Positions 39,425 to 52,448 of a stretch of DNA of 64,000 bases are shown here, one piece after another. The stretch spans positions 23,374,001 through 23,438,000 of the forward strand of contig OZ059894.1 in NCBI GenBank assembly GCA_964057225.1. The letters run 5' to 3'. Source of the DNA: Auanema rhodensis (lineage: Eukaryota > Animalia > Nematoda). Position 1 is the stretch's first letter. Each line of letters begins with the position of its first letter. The notes under the pieces are model-generated. The model made no database searches, had not been told where the DNA came from, and saw only the letters and a program-made list of their open reading frames with translations. The translations under genes were made by a program, and so were the position numbers.

Positions 39425-42400
39425 ATATTAGTCTAAAAACAAAATTTTATTGATATTGGTTCATGGTAACCATGACTTTGAAATTTACGTGAACTTTAAT
39501 TTATGCTAATTAAATGTACACGTGATGTGCACTTGGTATGTAACTCGCTTCACGTGAAAGATAAAGAGATGCGGTTTTCAAAATTAGATTCCCCATGTCC
39601 ATATTAGTCTAAAAACAAATTTTTATTGATATTGGTTCATGGTAACCATGACTTTGAAATTTACGTGAACTTTAATTTATGCTAATTAAATGTACACGTG
39701 ATGTGCACTTGGTATGTAACTCGCTTCACGTGAAAGATAAAGAGATGCGGTTTTCAAAATTAGATTCCCCATGTCCATATTAGTCTAAAAACAAATTTTT
39801 ATTGAAATTGGTTCATGGTAACCATGTCTTTGAAATTTACGTGAACTTTAATTTATGCTAATTAAATGTACACGTGATGTGCACTTGGTATGTAATTCGC
39901 TTCACGTGAAAGATAAAGAGATGCGGTTTTCAAAATTAGATTCCCAATGTCCATATTAGTCTAAAAACAAATTTTTATTGATATTGGTTCATGGTAACCA
40001 TGACTTTGAAATTTACGTGAACTTTAATTTATGCTAATTAAATGTACACGTGATGTGCACTTGGTATGTAACTCGCTTCACGTGAAAGATAAAGAGATGC
40101 GGTTTTCAAAATTAGATTCCCCATGTCCATATTAGTCTAAAAACAAATTTTTATTGATATTGGTTCATGGTAACCATGACTTTGAAATTTACGTGAACTT
40201 TAATTTATGCTAATTAAATGTACACGTGATGTGCACTTGGTATGTAACTCGCTTCACGTGAAAGATAAAGAGATGCGGTTTTCAAAATTAGATTCCCCAT
40301 GTCCATATTAATCTAAAAACAAATTTTTATTGATATTGGTGCATGATAACCATGACTTTGAAATTTACGTGAACTTTAATTTATGCTAATTAAATGTACA
40401 CGTGATGTGCACTCGGTATGTAACTCGCTTCACATGAAAGATAAAGAGATGCGGTTTTCAAAATTAGATTCCCCATGTCCATATTAGTCTAAAAACAAAT
40501 TTTTATTGATATTGGTGCATGGTAACCATGACTTTGAAATTTACGTGAACTTTAATTTATGCTAATTAAATGTACACGTGATGTGCACTTTGTATGTAAC
40601 TCGCTTCACGTGAAAGATAAAGAGATGCGGTTTTCAAAATTAGATTGCCCATGTCCATATTAGTCTAAAAACAAATTTTTATCGATATTGGTTCATGGTA
40701 ACCATGACTTTGAAATTTACGTGAACTTTAATTTATGCTAATTAAATGTACACGTGATGTGCACTTGGTATGTAACTCGCTTCACGTGAAAGATAAAGAG
40801 ATGCGGTTTTCAAAATTAGATTCCCCATGTCCATATTAGTCTAAAAACAAATTTTTATTGATATTGGTTCATGGTAACCATGACTTTGAAATTTACGTGA
40901 ACTTTAATTTATGCTAATTAAATGTACACGTGATGTGCACTTGGTATGTAACTCGCTTCACGTGAAAGATAAAGAGATGCGGTTTTCAAAATTAGATTGC
41001 CCATGTCCATATTAGTCTAAAAACAAATTTTTATCGATATTGGTTCATGGTAACCATGACTTTGAAATTTACGTGAACTTTAATTTATGCTAATTAAATG
41101 TACACGTGATGTGCACTTGGTATGTAACTCGCTTCACGTGAAAGATAAAGAGATGCGGTTTTCAAAATTAGATTCCCCATGTCCATATTAGTCTAAAAAC
41201 AAATTTTTATTGATATTGGTTCATGGTAACCATGACTTTGAAATTTACGTGAACTTTAATTTATGCTAATTAAATGTACACGTGATGTGCACTTGGTATG
41301 TAACTCGCTTCACGTGAAAGATAAAGAGATGCGGTTTTCAAAATTAGATTCCCCATGTCCATATTAATCTAAAAACAAATTTTTATTGATATTGGTGCAT
41401 GGTAACCATGACTTTGAAATTTACGTGAACTTTAATTTATGCTAATTAAATGTACACGTGATGTGCACTTGGTATGTAACTCGCTTCACATGAAAGATAA
41501 AGAGATGCGGTTTTTAAAATTAGATTCCCCATGTCCATATTAGTCTAAAAACAAATTTTTATTGATATTGGTTCATGGTAACCATGACTTTGAAATTTAC
41601 GTGAACTTTAATTTATGCTAATTAAATGTACACGTGATGTGCACTTGGTATGTAACTCGCTTCACGTGAAAGATAAAGAGATGCGGTTTTCAAAATTAGA
41701 TTCCCCATGTCCATATTAGTCTAAAAACAAATTTTTATTGATATTGGTTCATGGTAACCATGTCTTTGAAATTTACGTGAACTTTAATTTATGCTAATTA
41801 AATGTAGACGTGATGTGCACTTGGTATGTAACTCGCTTCACGTGAAAGATAAAGAGATGCGGTTTTTAAAATTAGATTCCCCATGTCCATATTAGTCTAA
41901 AAACAAATTTTTATTGATATTGGTTCATGGTAACCATGTCTTTGAAATTTACGTGAACTTTAATTTATGCTAATTAAATGTACACGTGATGTGCACTTGG
42001 TATGTAACTCGCTTCACGTGAAAGATAAAGAGATGCGGTTTTCAAAATTAGATTCCCCATGTCCATATTAGTCTAAAAACAAATTTTTATTGATATTGGT
42101 GCATGGTAACCATGACTTTGAAATCTACGTGAACTTCAATTTATGCTAATTAAATGTACACGTGATGTGCACTTGGTATGTAACTCGCTTCACGTGAAAG
42201 ATAAAGAGATGCGCTTTTCAAAATTAGATTCCACATGTCCATATTAGTCTAAAAACAAATTTTTATTGATATTGGTTCATGGTAACCATGACTTTGAAAT
42301 TTACGTGAACTTTAATTTATGCTAATTAAATGTACACGTGATGTGCACTTGGTATGTAACTCACTTCACGTCAAAGATAAAGATATGCGGTTTTCAAAAT

Positions 42401-45400
42401 TAGATTCCCCATGTCCATATTAGTCTAAAAACAAATTTTTATTGATATTGGTGCATGGTAACCATGACTTTGAAATTTACGTGAACTTTAATTTATGCTA
42501 ATTAAATGTACACGTGATGTGCACTTGGTATGTAACTCGCTTCACGTGAAAGATAAAGAGATGCGGTTTTCAAAATTAGATTCCCCATGTCCATATTAGT
42601 CTAAAAACAAATTTTTATTGATATTGGTTCATGGTAACCATGACTTTGAAATTTACGTGAACTTTAATTTATGCTAATTAAATGTACACGTGATGTGCAC
42701 TTGGTATGTAACTCGCTTCACGTGAAAGATAAAGAGATGCGGTTTTAAAAATTAGATTCCCCATGTCCATATTAGTCTAAAAACAAATTTTTATTGATAT
42801 TGGTTCATGGTAACCATGTCTTTGAAATTTACGTGAACTTTAATTTATGCTAATTAAATGTACACGTGATGTGCACTTGGTATGTAACTCGCTTCACGTG
42901 AAAGATAAAGAGATGCGGTTTTCGAAGTTAGATTCCCCATGTCCATATTAGTCTAAAAACAAATTTTTATTGATATTGGTGCATGGTAACCATGACTTTG
43001 AAATTTACGTGAACTTCAATTTATGCTAATTAAATGTACACGTGATGTGCACTTGGTATGTAACTCGCTTCACGTGAAAGATAAAGAGATGCGGTTTTCA
43101 ACATTAGATTCCCCATGTCCATATTAGTCTAAAAACAAATTTTTATTGATATTGGTTCATGGTAACCATGACTTTGAAATTTACGTGAACTTTAATTTAT
43201 GCTAATTAAATGTACACGTGATGTGCACTTGGTATGTAACTCGCTTCACGTGAAAGATAAAGAGATGCGGTTTTCAAAATTAGATTCCCCATGTCCATAT
43301 TAATCTAAAAACAAATTTTTATTGATATTGGTGCATGATAACCATGACTTTGAAATTTACGTGAACTTTAATTTATGCTAATTAAATGTACACGTGATGT
43401 GCACTCGGTATGTAACTCGCTTCACATGAAAGATAAAGAGATGCGGTTTTCAAAATTAGATTCCCCATGTCCATATTAGTCTAAAAACAAATTTTTATTG
43501 ATATTGGTGCATGGTAACCATGACTTTGAAATTTACGTGAACTTTAATTTATGCTAATTAAATGTACACGTGATGTGCACTTTGTATGTAACTCGCTTCA
43601 CGTGAAAGATAAAGAGATGCGGTTTTCAAAATTAGATTGCCCATGTCCATATTAGTCTAAAAACAAATTTTTATCGATATTGGTTCATGGTAACCATGAC
43701 TTTGAAATTTACGTGAACTTTAATTTATGCTAATTAAATGTACACGTGATGTGCACTTGGTATGTAACTCGCTTCACGTGAAAGATAAAGAGATGCGGTT
43801 TTCAAAATTAGATTCCCCATGTCCATATTAGTCTAAAAACAAATTTTTATTGATATTGGTTCATGGTAACCATGACTTTGAAATTTACGTGAACTTTAAT
43901 TTATGCTAATTAAATGTACACGTGATGTGCACTTGGTATGTAACTCGCTTCACGTGACAGATAAAGAGATGCGGTTTTCAAAATTAGATTCCCCATGTCC
44001 ATATTAGTCTAAAAACAAATTTTTATTGAAATTGGTTCATGGTAACCATGTCTTTGAAATTTACGTGAACTTTAATTTATGCTAATTAAATGTACACGTG
44101 ATGTGCACTTGGTATGTAATTCGCTTCACGTGAAAGATAAAGAGATGCGGTTTTCAAAATTAGATTCCCAATGTCCATATTAGTCTAAAAACAAATTTTT
44201 ATTGATATTGGTTCATGGTAACCATGACTTTGAAATTTACGTGAACTTTAATTTATGCTAATTAAATGTACACGTGATGTGCACTTGGTATGTAACTCGC
44301 TTCACGTGAAAGATAAAGAGATGCGGTTTTCAAAATTAGATTCCCCATGTCCATATTAATCTAAAAACAAATTTTTATTGATATTGGTTCATGGTAACCA
44401 TGACTTTGAAATTTACGTGAACTTTAATTTATGCTAATTAAATGTACACGTGATGTGCACTTGGTATGTAACTCGCTTCACGTGAAAGATAAAGAGATGC
44501 GGTTTTCAAAATTAGATTCCCCATGTCCATATTAGTCTAAAAACAAATTTTTATTGATATTGGTTCATGGTAACCATGTCTTTGAAATTTACGTGAACTT
44601 TAATTTATGCTAATTAAATGTACACGTGATGTGCACTTTGTATGTAACTCGCTTCACGTGAAAGATAAAGAGATGCGGTTTTCAAAATTAGATTGCCCAT
44701 GTCCATATTAGTCTAAAAACAAATTTTTATCGATATTGGTTCATGGTAACCATGACTTTGAAATTTACGTGAACTTTAATTTATGCTAATTAAATGTACA
44801 CGTGATGTGCACTTGGTATGTAACTCGCTTCACGTGAAAGATAAAGAGATGCGGTTTTCAAAATTAGATTCCCCATGTCCATATTAGTCTAAAAACAAAT
44901 TTTTATTGATATTGGTTCATGGTAACCATGACTTTGAAATTTACGTGAACTTTAATTTATGCTAATTAAATGTACACGTGATGTGCACTTGGTATGTAAC
45001 TCGCTTCACGTGACAGATAAAGAGATGCGGTTTTCAAAATTAGATTCCCCATGTCCATATTAGTCTAAAAACAAATTTTTATTGAAATTGGTTCATGGTA
45101 ACCATGTCTTTGAAATTTACGTGAACTTTAATTTATGCTAATTAAATGTACACGTGATGTGCACTTGGTATGTAATTCGCTTCACGTGAAAGATAAAGAG
45201 ATGCGATTTTCAAAATTAGATTCCCAATGTCCATATTAGTCTAAAAACAAAATTTTATTGATATTGGTTCATGGTAACCATGACTTTGAAATTTACGTGA
45301 ACTTTAATTTATGCTAATTAAATGTACACGTGATGTGCACTTGGTATGTAACTCGCTTCACGTGAAAGATAAAGAGATGCGGTTTTCAAAATTAGATTCC

Positions 45401-48400
45401 CCATGTCCATATTAGTCTAAAAACAAATTTTTATTGATATTGGTTCATGGTAACCATGACTTTGAAATTTACGTGAACTTTAATTTATGCTAATTAAATG
45501 TACACGTGATGTGCACTTGGTATGTAACTCGCTTCACGTGAAAGATAAAGAGATGCGGTTTTCAAAATTAGATTCCCCATGTCCATATTAGTCTAAAAAC
45601 AAATTTTTATTGAAATTGGTTCATGGTAACCATGTCTTTGAAATTTACGTGAACTTTAATTTATGCTAATTAAATGTACACGTGATGTGCACTTGGTATG
45701 TAATTCGCTTCACGTGAAAGATAAAGAGATGCGGTTTTCAAAATTAGATTCCCAATGTCCATATTAGTCTAAAAACAAATTTTTATTGATATTGGTTCAT
45801 GGTAACCATGACTTTGAAATTTACGTGAACTTTAATTTATGCTAATTAAATGTACACGTGATGTGCACTTGGTATGTAACTCGCTTCACGTGAAAGATAA
45901 AGAGATGCGGTTTTCAAAATTAGATTCCCCATGTCCATATTAGTCTAAAAACAAATTTTTATTGATATTGGTTCATGGTAACCATGACTTTGAAATTTAC
46001 GTGAACTTTAATTTATGCTAATTAAATGTACACGTGATGTGCACTTGGTATGTAACTCGCTTCACGTGAAAGATAAAGAGATGCGGTTTTCAAAATTAGA
46101 TTCCCCATGTCCATATTAATCTAAAAACAAATTTTTATTGATATTGGTGCATGATAACCATGACTTTGAAATTTACGTGAACTTTAATTTATGCTAATTA
46201 AATGTACACGTGATGTGCACTCGGTATGTAACTCGCTTCACATGAAAGATAAAGAGATGCGGTTTTCAAAATTAGATTCCCCATGTCCATATTAGTCTAA
46301 AAACAAATTTTTATTGATATTGGTGCATGGTAACCATGACTTTGAAATTTACGTGAACTTTAATTTATGCTAATTAAATGTACACGTGATGTGCACTTTG
46401 TATGTAACTCGCTTCACGTGAAAGATAAAGAGATGCGGTTTTCAAAATTAGATTGCCCATGTCCATATTAGTCTAAAAACAAATTTTTATCGATATTGGT
46501 TCATGGTAACCATGACTTTGAAATTTACGTGAACTTTAATTTATGCTAATTAAATGTACACGTGATGTGCACTTGGTATGTAACTCGCTTCACGTGAAAG
46601 ATAAAGAGATGCGGTTTTCAAAATTAGATTCCCCATGTCCATATTAGTCTAAAAACAAATTTTTATTGATATTGGTTCATGGTAACCATGACTTTGAAAT
46701 TTACGTGAACTTTAATTTATGCTAATTAAATGTACACGTGATGTGCACTTGGTATGTAACTCGCTTCACGTGAAAGATAAAGAGATGCGGTTTTCAAAAT
46801 TAGATTGCCCATGTCCATATTAGTCTAAAAACAAATTTTTATCGATATTGGTTCATGGTAACCATGACTTTGAAATTTACGTGAACTTTAATTTATGCTA
46901 ATTAAATGTACACGTGATGTGCACTTGGTATGTAACTCGCTTCACGTGAAAGATAAAGAGATGCGGTTTTCAAAATTAGATTCCCCATGTCCATATTAGT
47001 CTAAAAACAAATTTTTATTGATATTGGTTCATGGTAACCATGACTTTGAAATTTACGTGAACTTTAATTTATGCTAATTAAATGTACACGTGATGTGCAC
47101 TTGGTATGTAACTCGCTTCACGTGAAAGATAAAGAGATGCGGTTTTCAAAATTAGATTCCCCATGTCCATATTAATCTAAAAACAAATTTTTATTGATAT
47201 TGGTGCATGGTAACCATGACTTTGAAATTTACGTGAACTTTAATTTATGCTAATTAAATGTACACGTGATGTGCACTTGGTATGTAACTCGCTTCACATG
47301 AAAGATAAAGAGATGCGGTTTTTAAAATTAGATTCCCCATGTCCATATTAGTCTAAAAACAAATTTTTATTGATATTGGTTCATGGTAACCATGACTTTG
47401 AAATTTACGTGAACTTTAATTTATGCTAATTAAATGTACACGTGATGTGCACTTGGTATGTAACTCGCTTCACGTGAAAGATAAAGAGATGCGGTTTTCA
47501 AAATTAGATTCCCCATGTCCATATTAGTCTAAAAACAAATTTTTATTGATATTGGTTCATGGTAACCATGTCTTTGAAATTTACGTGAACTTTAATTTAT
47601 GCTAATTAAATGTACACGTGATGTGCACTTGGTATGTAACTCGCTTCACGTGAAAGATAAAGAGATGCGGTTTTCAAAATTAGATTCCCCATGTCCATAT
47701 TAGTCTAAAAACAAATTTTTATTGATATTGGTTCATGGTAACCATGTCTTTGAAATTTACGTGAACTTTAATTTATGCTAATTAAATGTAGACGTGATGT
47801 GCACTTGGTATGTAACTCGCTTCACGTGAAAGATAAAGAGATGCGGTTTTTAAAATTAGATTCCCCATGTCCATATTAGTCTAAAAACAAATTTTTATTG
47901 ATATTGGTTCATGGTAACCATGTCTTTGAAATTTACGTGAACTTTAATTTATGCTAATTAAATGTACACGTGATGTGCACTTGGTATGTAACTCGCTTCA
48001 CGTGAAAGATAAAGAGATGCGGTTTTCAAAATTAGATTCCCCATGTCCATATTAGTCTAAAAACAAATTTTTATTGATATTGGTGCATGGTAACCATGAC
48101 TTTGAAATCTACGTGAACTTCAATTTATGCTAATTAAATGTACACGTGATGTGCACTTGGTATGTAACTCGCTTCACGTGAAAGATAAAGAGATGCGCTT
48201 TTCAAAATTAGATTCCACATGTCCATATTAGTCTAAAAACAAATTTTTATTGATATTGGTTCATGGTAACCATGACTTTGAAATTTACGTGAACTTTAAT
48301 TTATGCTAATTAAATGTACACGTGATGTGCACTTGGTATGTAACTCACTTCACGTCAAAGATAAAGATATGCGGTTTTCAAAATTAGATTCCCCATGTCC

Positions 48401-49104
48401 ATATTAGTCTAAAAACAAATTTTTATTGATATTGGTGCATGGTAACCATGACTTTGAAATTTACGTGAACTTTAATTTATGCTAATTAAATGTACACGTG
48501 ATGTGCACTTGGTATGTAACTCGCTTCACGTGAAAGATAAAGAGATGCGGTTTTCAAAATTAGATTCCCCATGTCCATATTAGTCTAAAAACAAATTTTT
48601 ATTGATATTGGTTCATGGTAACCATGACTTTGAAATTTACGTGAACTTTAATTTATGCTAATTAAATGTACACGTGATGTGCACTTGGTATGTAACTCGC
48701 TTCACGTGAAAGATAAAGAGATGCGGTTTTAAAAATTAGATTCCCCATGTCCATATTAGTCTAAAAACAAATTTTTATTGATATTGGTTCATGGTAACCA
48801 TGTCTTTGAAATTTACGTGAACTTTAATTTATGCTAATTAAATGTACACGTGATGTGCACTTGGTATGTAACTCGCTTCACGTGAAAGATAAAGAGATGC
48901 GGTTTTCGAAGTTAGATTCCCCATGTCCATATTAGTCTAAAAACAAATTTTTATTGATATTGGTGCATGGTAACCATGACTTTGAAATTTACGTGAACTT
49001 CAATTTATGCTAATTAAATGTACACGTGATGTGCACTTGGTATGTAACTCGCTTCACGTGAAAGATAAAGAGATGCGCTTTTCAAAATTAGATTCCACAT
49101 GTCC
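37841..49104. repeat. Tandem duplication of a 33/34-monomer block (~37.8-43.1 kb vs ~43.6-49.1 kb)
   Basis: GCGATT/AAAATT monomers at 39249 and 45057 (+5808); GTAGAC at 41807 and 47791 (+5984); GCGCTT, TCACTT/GTCAAA and TTCGAAG also at +5984. Confidence 0.88.
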
Positions 49105-49456
49105 ATATTAGTCTAAAAACAAATTTTTATTGATATTGGTTCATGGTAACCATGACTTTGAAATTTACGTGAACTTTAATTTATGCTAATTAAATGTACA
49201 CGTGATGTGCACTTGGTATGTAACTCACTTCACGTCAAAGATAAAGATATGCGGTTTTCAAAATTAGATTCCCCATGTCCATATTAGTCTAAAAACAAAT
49301 TTTTATTGATATTGGTGCATGGTAACCATGACTTTGAAATTTACGTGAACTTTAATTTATGCTAATTAAATGTACACGTGATGTGCACTTGGTATGTAAC
49401 TCGCTTCACGTGAAAGATAAAGAGATGCGGTTTTCAAAATTAGATTCCCCATGTCC

Positions 49457-52448
49457 ATATTAGTCTAAAAACAAATTTTTATCGATATTGGTGCATGGTA
49501 ACCATGACTTTGAAATTTACGTGAACTTTAATTTATGCTAATTAAATGTACACGTGATGTGCACTTGGTATGTAACTCGCTTCACGTGAAAGATAAAGAG
49601 ATGCGGTTTTCAAAATTAGATTCCCCATGTCCATATTAGTCTAAAAACAAATTTTTATTGATATTGGTTCATGGTAACCATGACTTTGAAACTTAAGTGA
49701 ACTTTAATTTATGCTAATTAAATGTACACGTGATGTGCACTTGGTATGTAACTCGCTTCACGTGAAAGATAAAGAGATGCGGTTTTAAAAATTAGATTCC
49801 CCATGTCCATATTAGTCTAAAAACAAATTTTTATTGATATTGGTTCATGGTAACCATGTCTTTGAAATTTACGTGAACTTTAATTTATGCGAATTAAATG
49901 TACACGTGATGTGCCCTTGGTAGGTAACTCGCTTCACGTGCAAGATAAAGAGATGCGGATTTCAAAATTAGATTCCCCATGTCCATATTAGTTTAAAAAC
50001 AAATTTTTATTGATATTGGTGCATGGTAACCATGACTTTGAAATTTACGTGAACTTTAATTTATGCTAATTAAATGTACACGTGATGTGCACTTGGTATG
50101 TAACTCGCTTCACGTGAAAGATAAAGAGATGCGGTTTTCAAAATTAGATTCCCCATGTCCATATTAGTCTAAAAACAAATTTTTATTGATATTGGTTCAT
50201 GGTAACCATGACTTTGAAATTTACGTGAACTTTAATTTATGCTAATTAAATGTACACGTGATGTGCACTTGGTATGTAACTCGCTTCACGTGAAAGATAA
50301 AGAGATGCGGTTTCCAAAATTAGATTCCCCATGTCCATATTAGTCTAAAAACAAATTTTGATTGATATTGGTGCATGGTAACCATGACTTTGAAATTTAC
50401 GTGAACTTTAATTTATGCTAATTAAATGTACACGTGATGTGCACTTGGTATGTAACTCGCTTCACGTGAAAGATAAAGAGATGCGGTTTTCAAAATTAGA
50501 TTCCCCATGTCCATATTAGTTTAAAAACAAATTTTTATTGATATTGGTGCGTGGTAACCATGACTTTGAAATTTACGTGAACTTTAATTTATGCTAATTA
50601 AATGTACACGTGATGTGCACTTGGTATGTAACTCGCTTCACGTGAAAGATAAAGAGATGCGGTTTTCAAAATTAGATTCCCCATGTCCATATTAGTCTAA
50701 AAACAAATTTTTATTGATATTAGTTCATGGTAACCATGACTTTGAAATTTACGTGAACTTTAATTTATGCTAATTAAATGTACACGTGATGTGCACTTGG
50801 TATGTAACTCGCTTCACGTGAAAGATAAAGAGATGCGGTTTTCAAAATTAGATTCCCCATGTCCATATTAGTCTAAAAACAAATTTTTATCGATATTGGT
50901 GCATGGTAACCATGACTTTGAAATTTACGTGAACTTTAATTTATGCTAATTAAATGTACACGTGATGTGCACTTGGTATGTAACTCGCTTCACGTGAAAG
51001 ATAAAGAGATGCGGTTTTCAAAATTAGATTCCCCATGTCCATATTAGTCTAAAAACAAATTTTTATTGATATTGGTTCATGGTAACCATGACTTTGAAAC
51101 TTAAGTGAACTTTAATTTATGCTAATTAAATGTACACGTGATGTGCACTTGGTATGTAACTCGCTTCACGTGAAAGATAAAGAGATGCGGTTTTAAAAAT
51201 TAGATTCCCCATGTCCATATTAGTCTAAAAACAAATTTTTATTGATATTGGTTCATGGTAACCATGTCTTTGAAATTTACGTGAACTTTAATTTATGCGA
51301 ATTAAATGTACACGTGATGTGCCCTTGGTAGGTAACTCGCTTCACGTGCAAGATAAAGAGATGCGGTTTTCAAAATTAGATTCCCCATGTCCATATTAGT
51401 TTAAAAACAAATTTTTATTGATATTGGTGCATGGTAACCATGACTTTGAAATTTACGTGAACTTTAATTTATGCTAATTAAATGTACACGTGATGTGCAC
51501 TTGGTATGTAACTCGCTTCACGTGAAAGATAAAGAGATGCGGTTTTCAAAATTAGATTCCCCATGTCCATATTAGTCTAAAAACAAATTTTTATTGATAT
51601 TGGTTCATGGTAACCATGACTTTGAAATTTACGTGAACTTTAATTTATGCTAATTAAATGTACACGTGATGTGCACTTGGTATGTAACTCGCTTCACGTG
51701 AAAGATAAAGAGATGCGGTTCTCAAAATTAGATTCCCCATGTCCATATTAGTCTAAAAACAAATTTTGATTGATATTGGTGCATGGTAACCATGACTTTG
51801 AAATTTACGTGAACTTTAATTTATGCTAATTAAATGTACACGTGATGTGCACTTGGTATGTAACTCGCTTCACGTAAAAGATAAAGAGATGCGGTTTCCA
51901 AAATTAGATTCCCCATGTCCATATTAGTCTAAAAACAAATTTTTATTGATATTGGTTCATGGTAACCATGTCTTTGAAATTTACGTGAACTTTAATTTAT
52001 GCTAATTAAATGTACACGTGATGTGCACTTGGTATGTAACTCGCTTCACGTGAAAGATAAAGAGATGCGGTTTTCAAAATTAGATTCCCCATGTCCATAT
52101 TAGTTTAAAAACAAATTTTTATTGATATTGGTGCGTGGTAACCATGACTTTGAAATTTACGTGAACTTTAATTTATGCTAATTAAATGTACACGTGATGT
52201 GCACTTGGTATGTAACTCGCTTCACGTGAAAGATAAAGAGATGCGGTTTTCAAAATTAGATTCCCCATGTCCATATTAGTCTAAAAACAAATTTTTATTG
52301 ATATTAGTTCATGGTAACCATGACTTTGAAATTTACGTGAACTTTAATTTATGCTAATTAAATGTACACGTGATGTGCACTTGGTATGTAACTCGCTTCA
52401 CGTGAAAGATAAAGAGATGCGGTTTTCAAAATTAGATTCCCCATGTCC
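49457..52448. repeat. 8/9-monomer tandem duplication (1408/1584 bp)
   Basis: GCGAAT/GTGCCC/TAGGT/GTGCAAG monomer at 49809 and 51217 (+1408); GCGTGG and TAGTTC monomers at 50513/50689 and 52097/52273 (+1584). Confidence 0.85.

Noticed and set aside
2993-41008. Crossover hotspot beside the palindrome (hybrid monomers 2993, 23233 and 25345 overlap at pos 51-64)
   Set aside because: Intervals are wide and other hybrids map elsewhere (36609 at pos 7-42; 40833 at pos 111-167).
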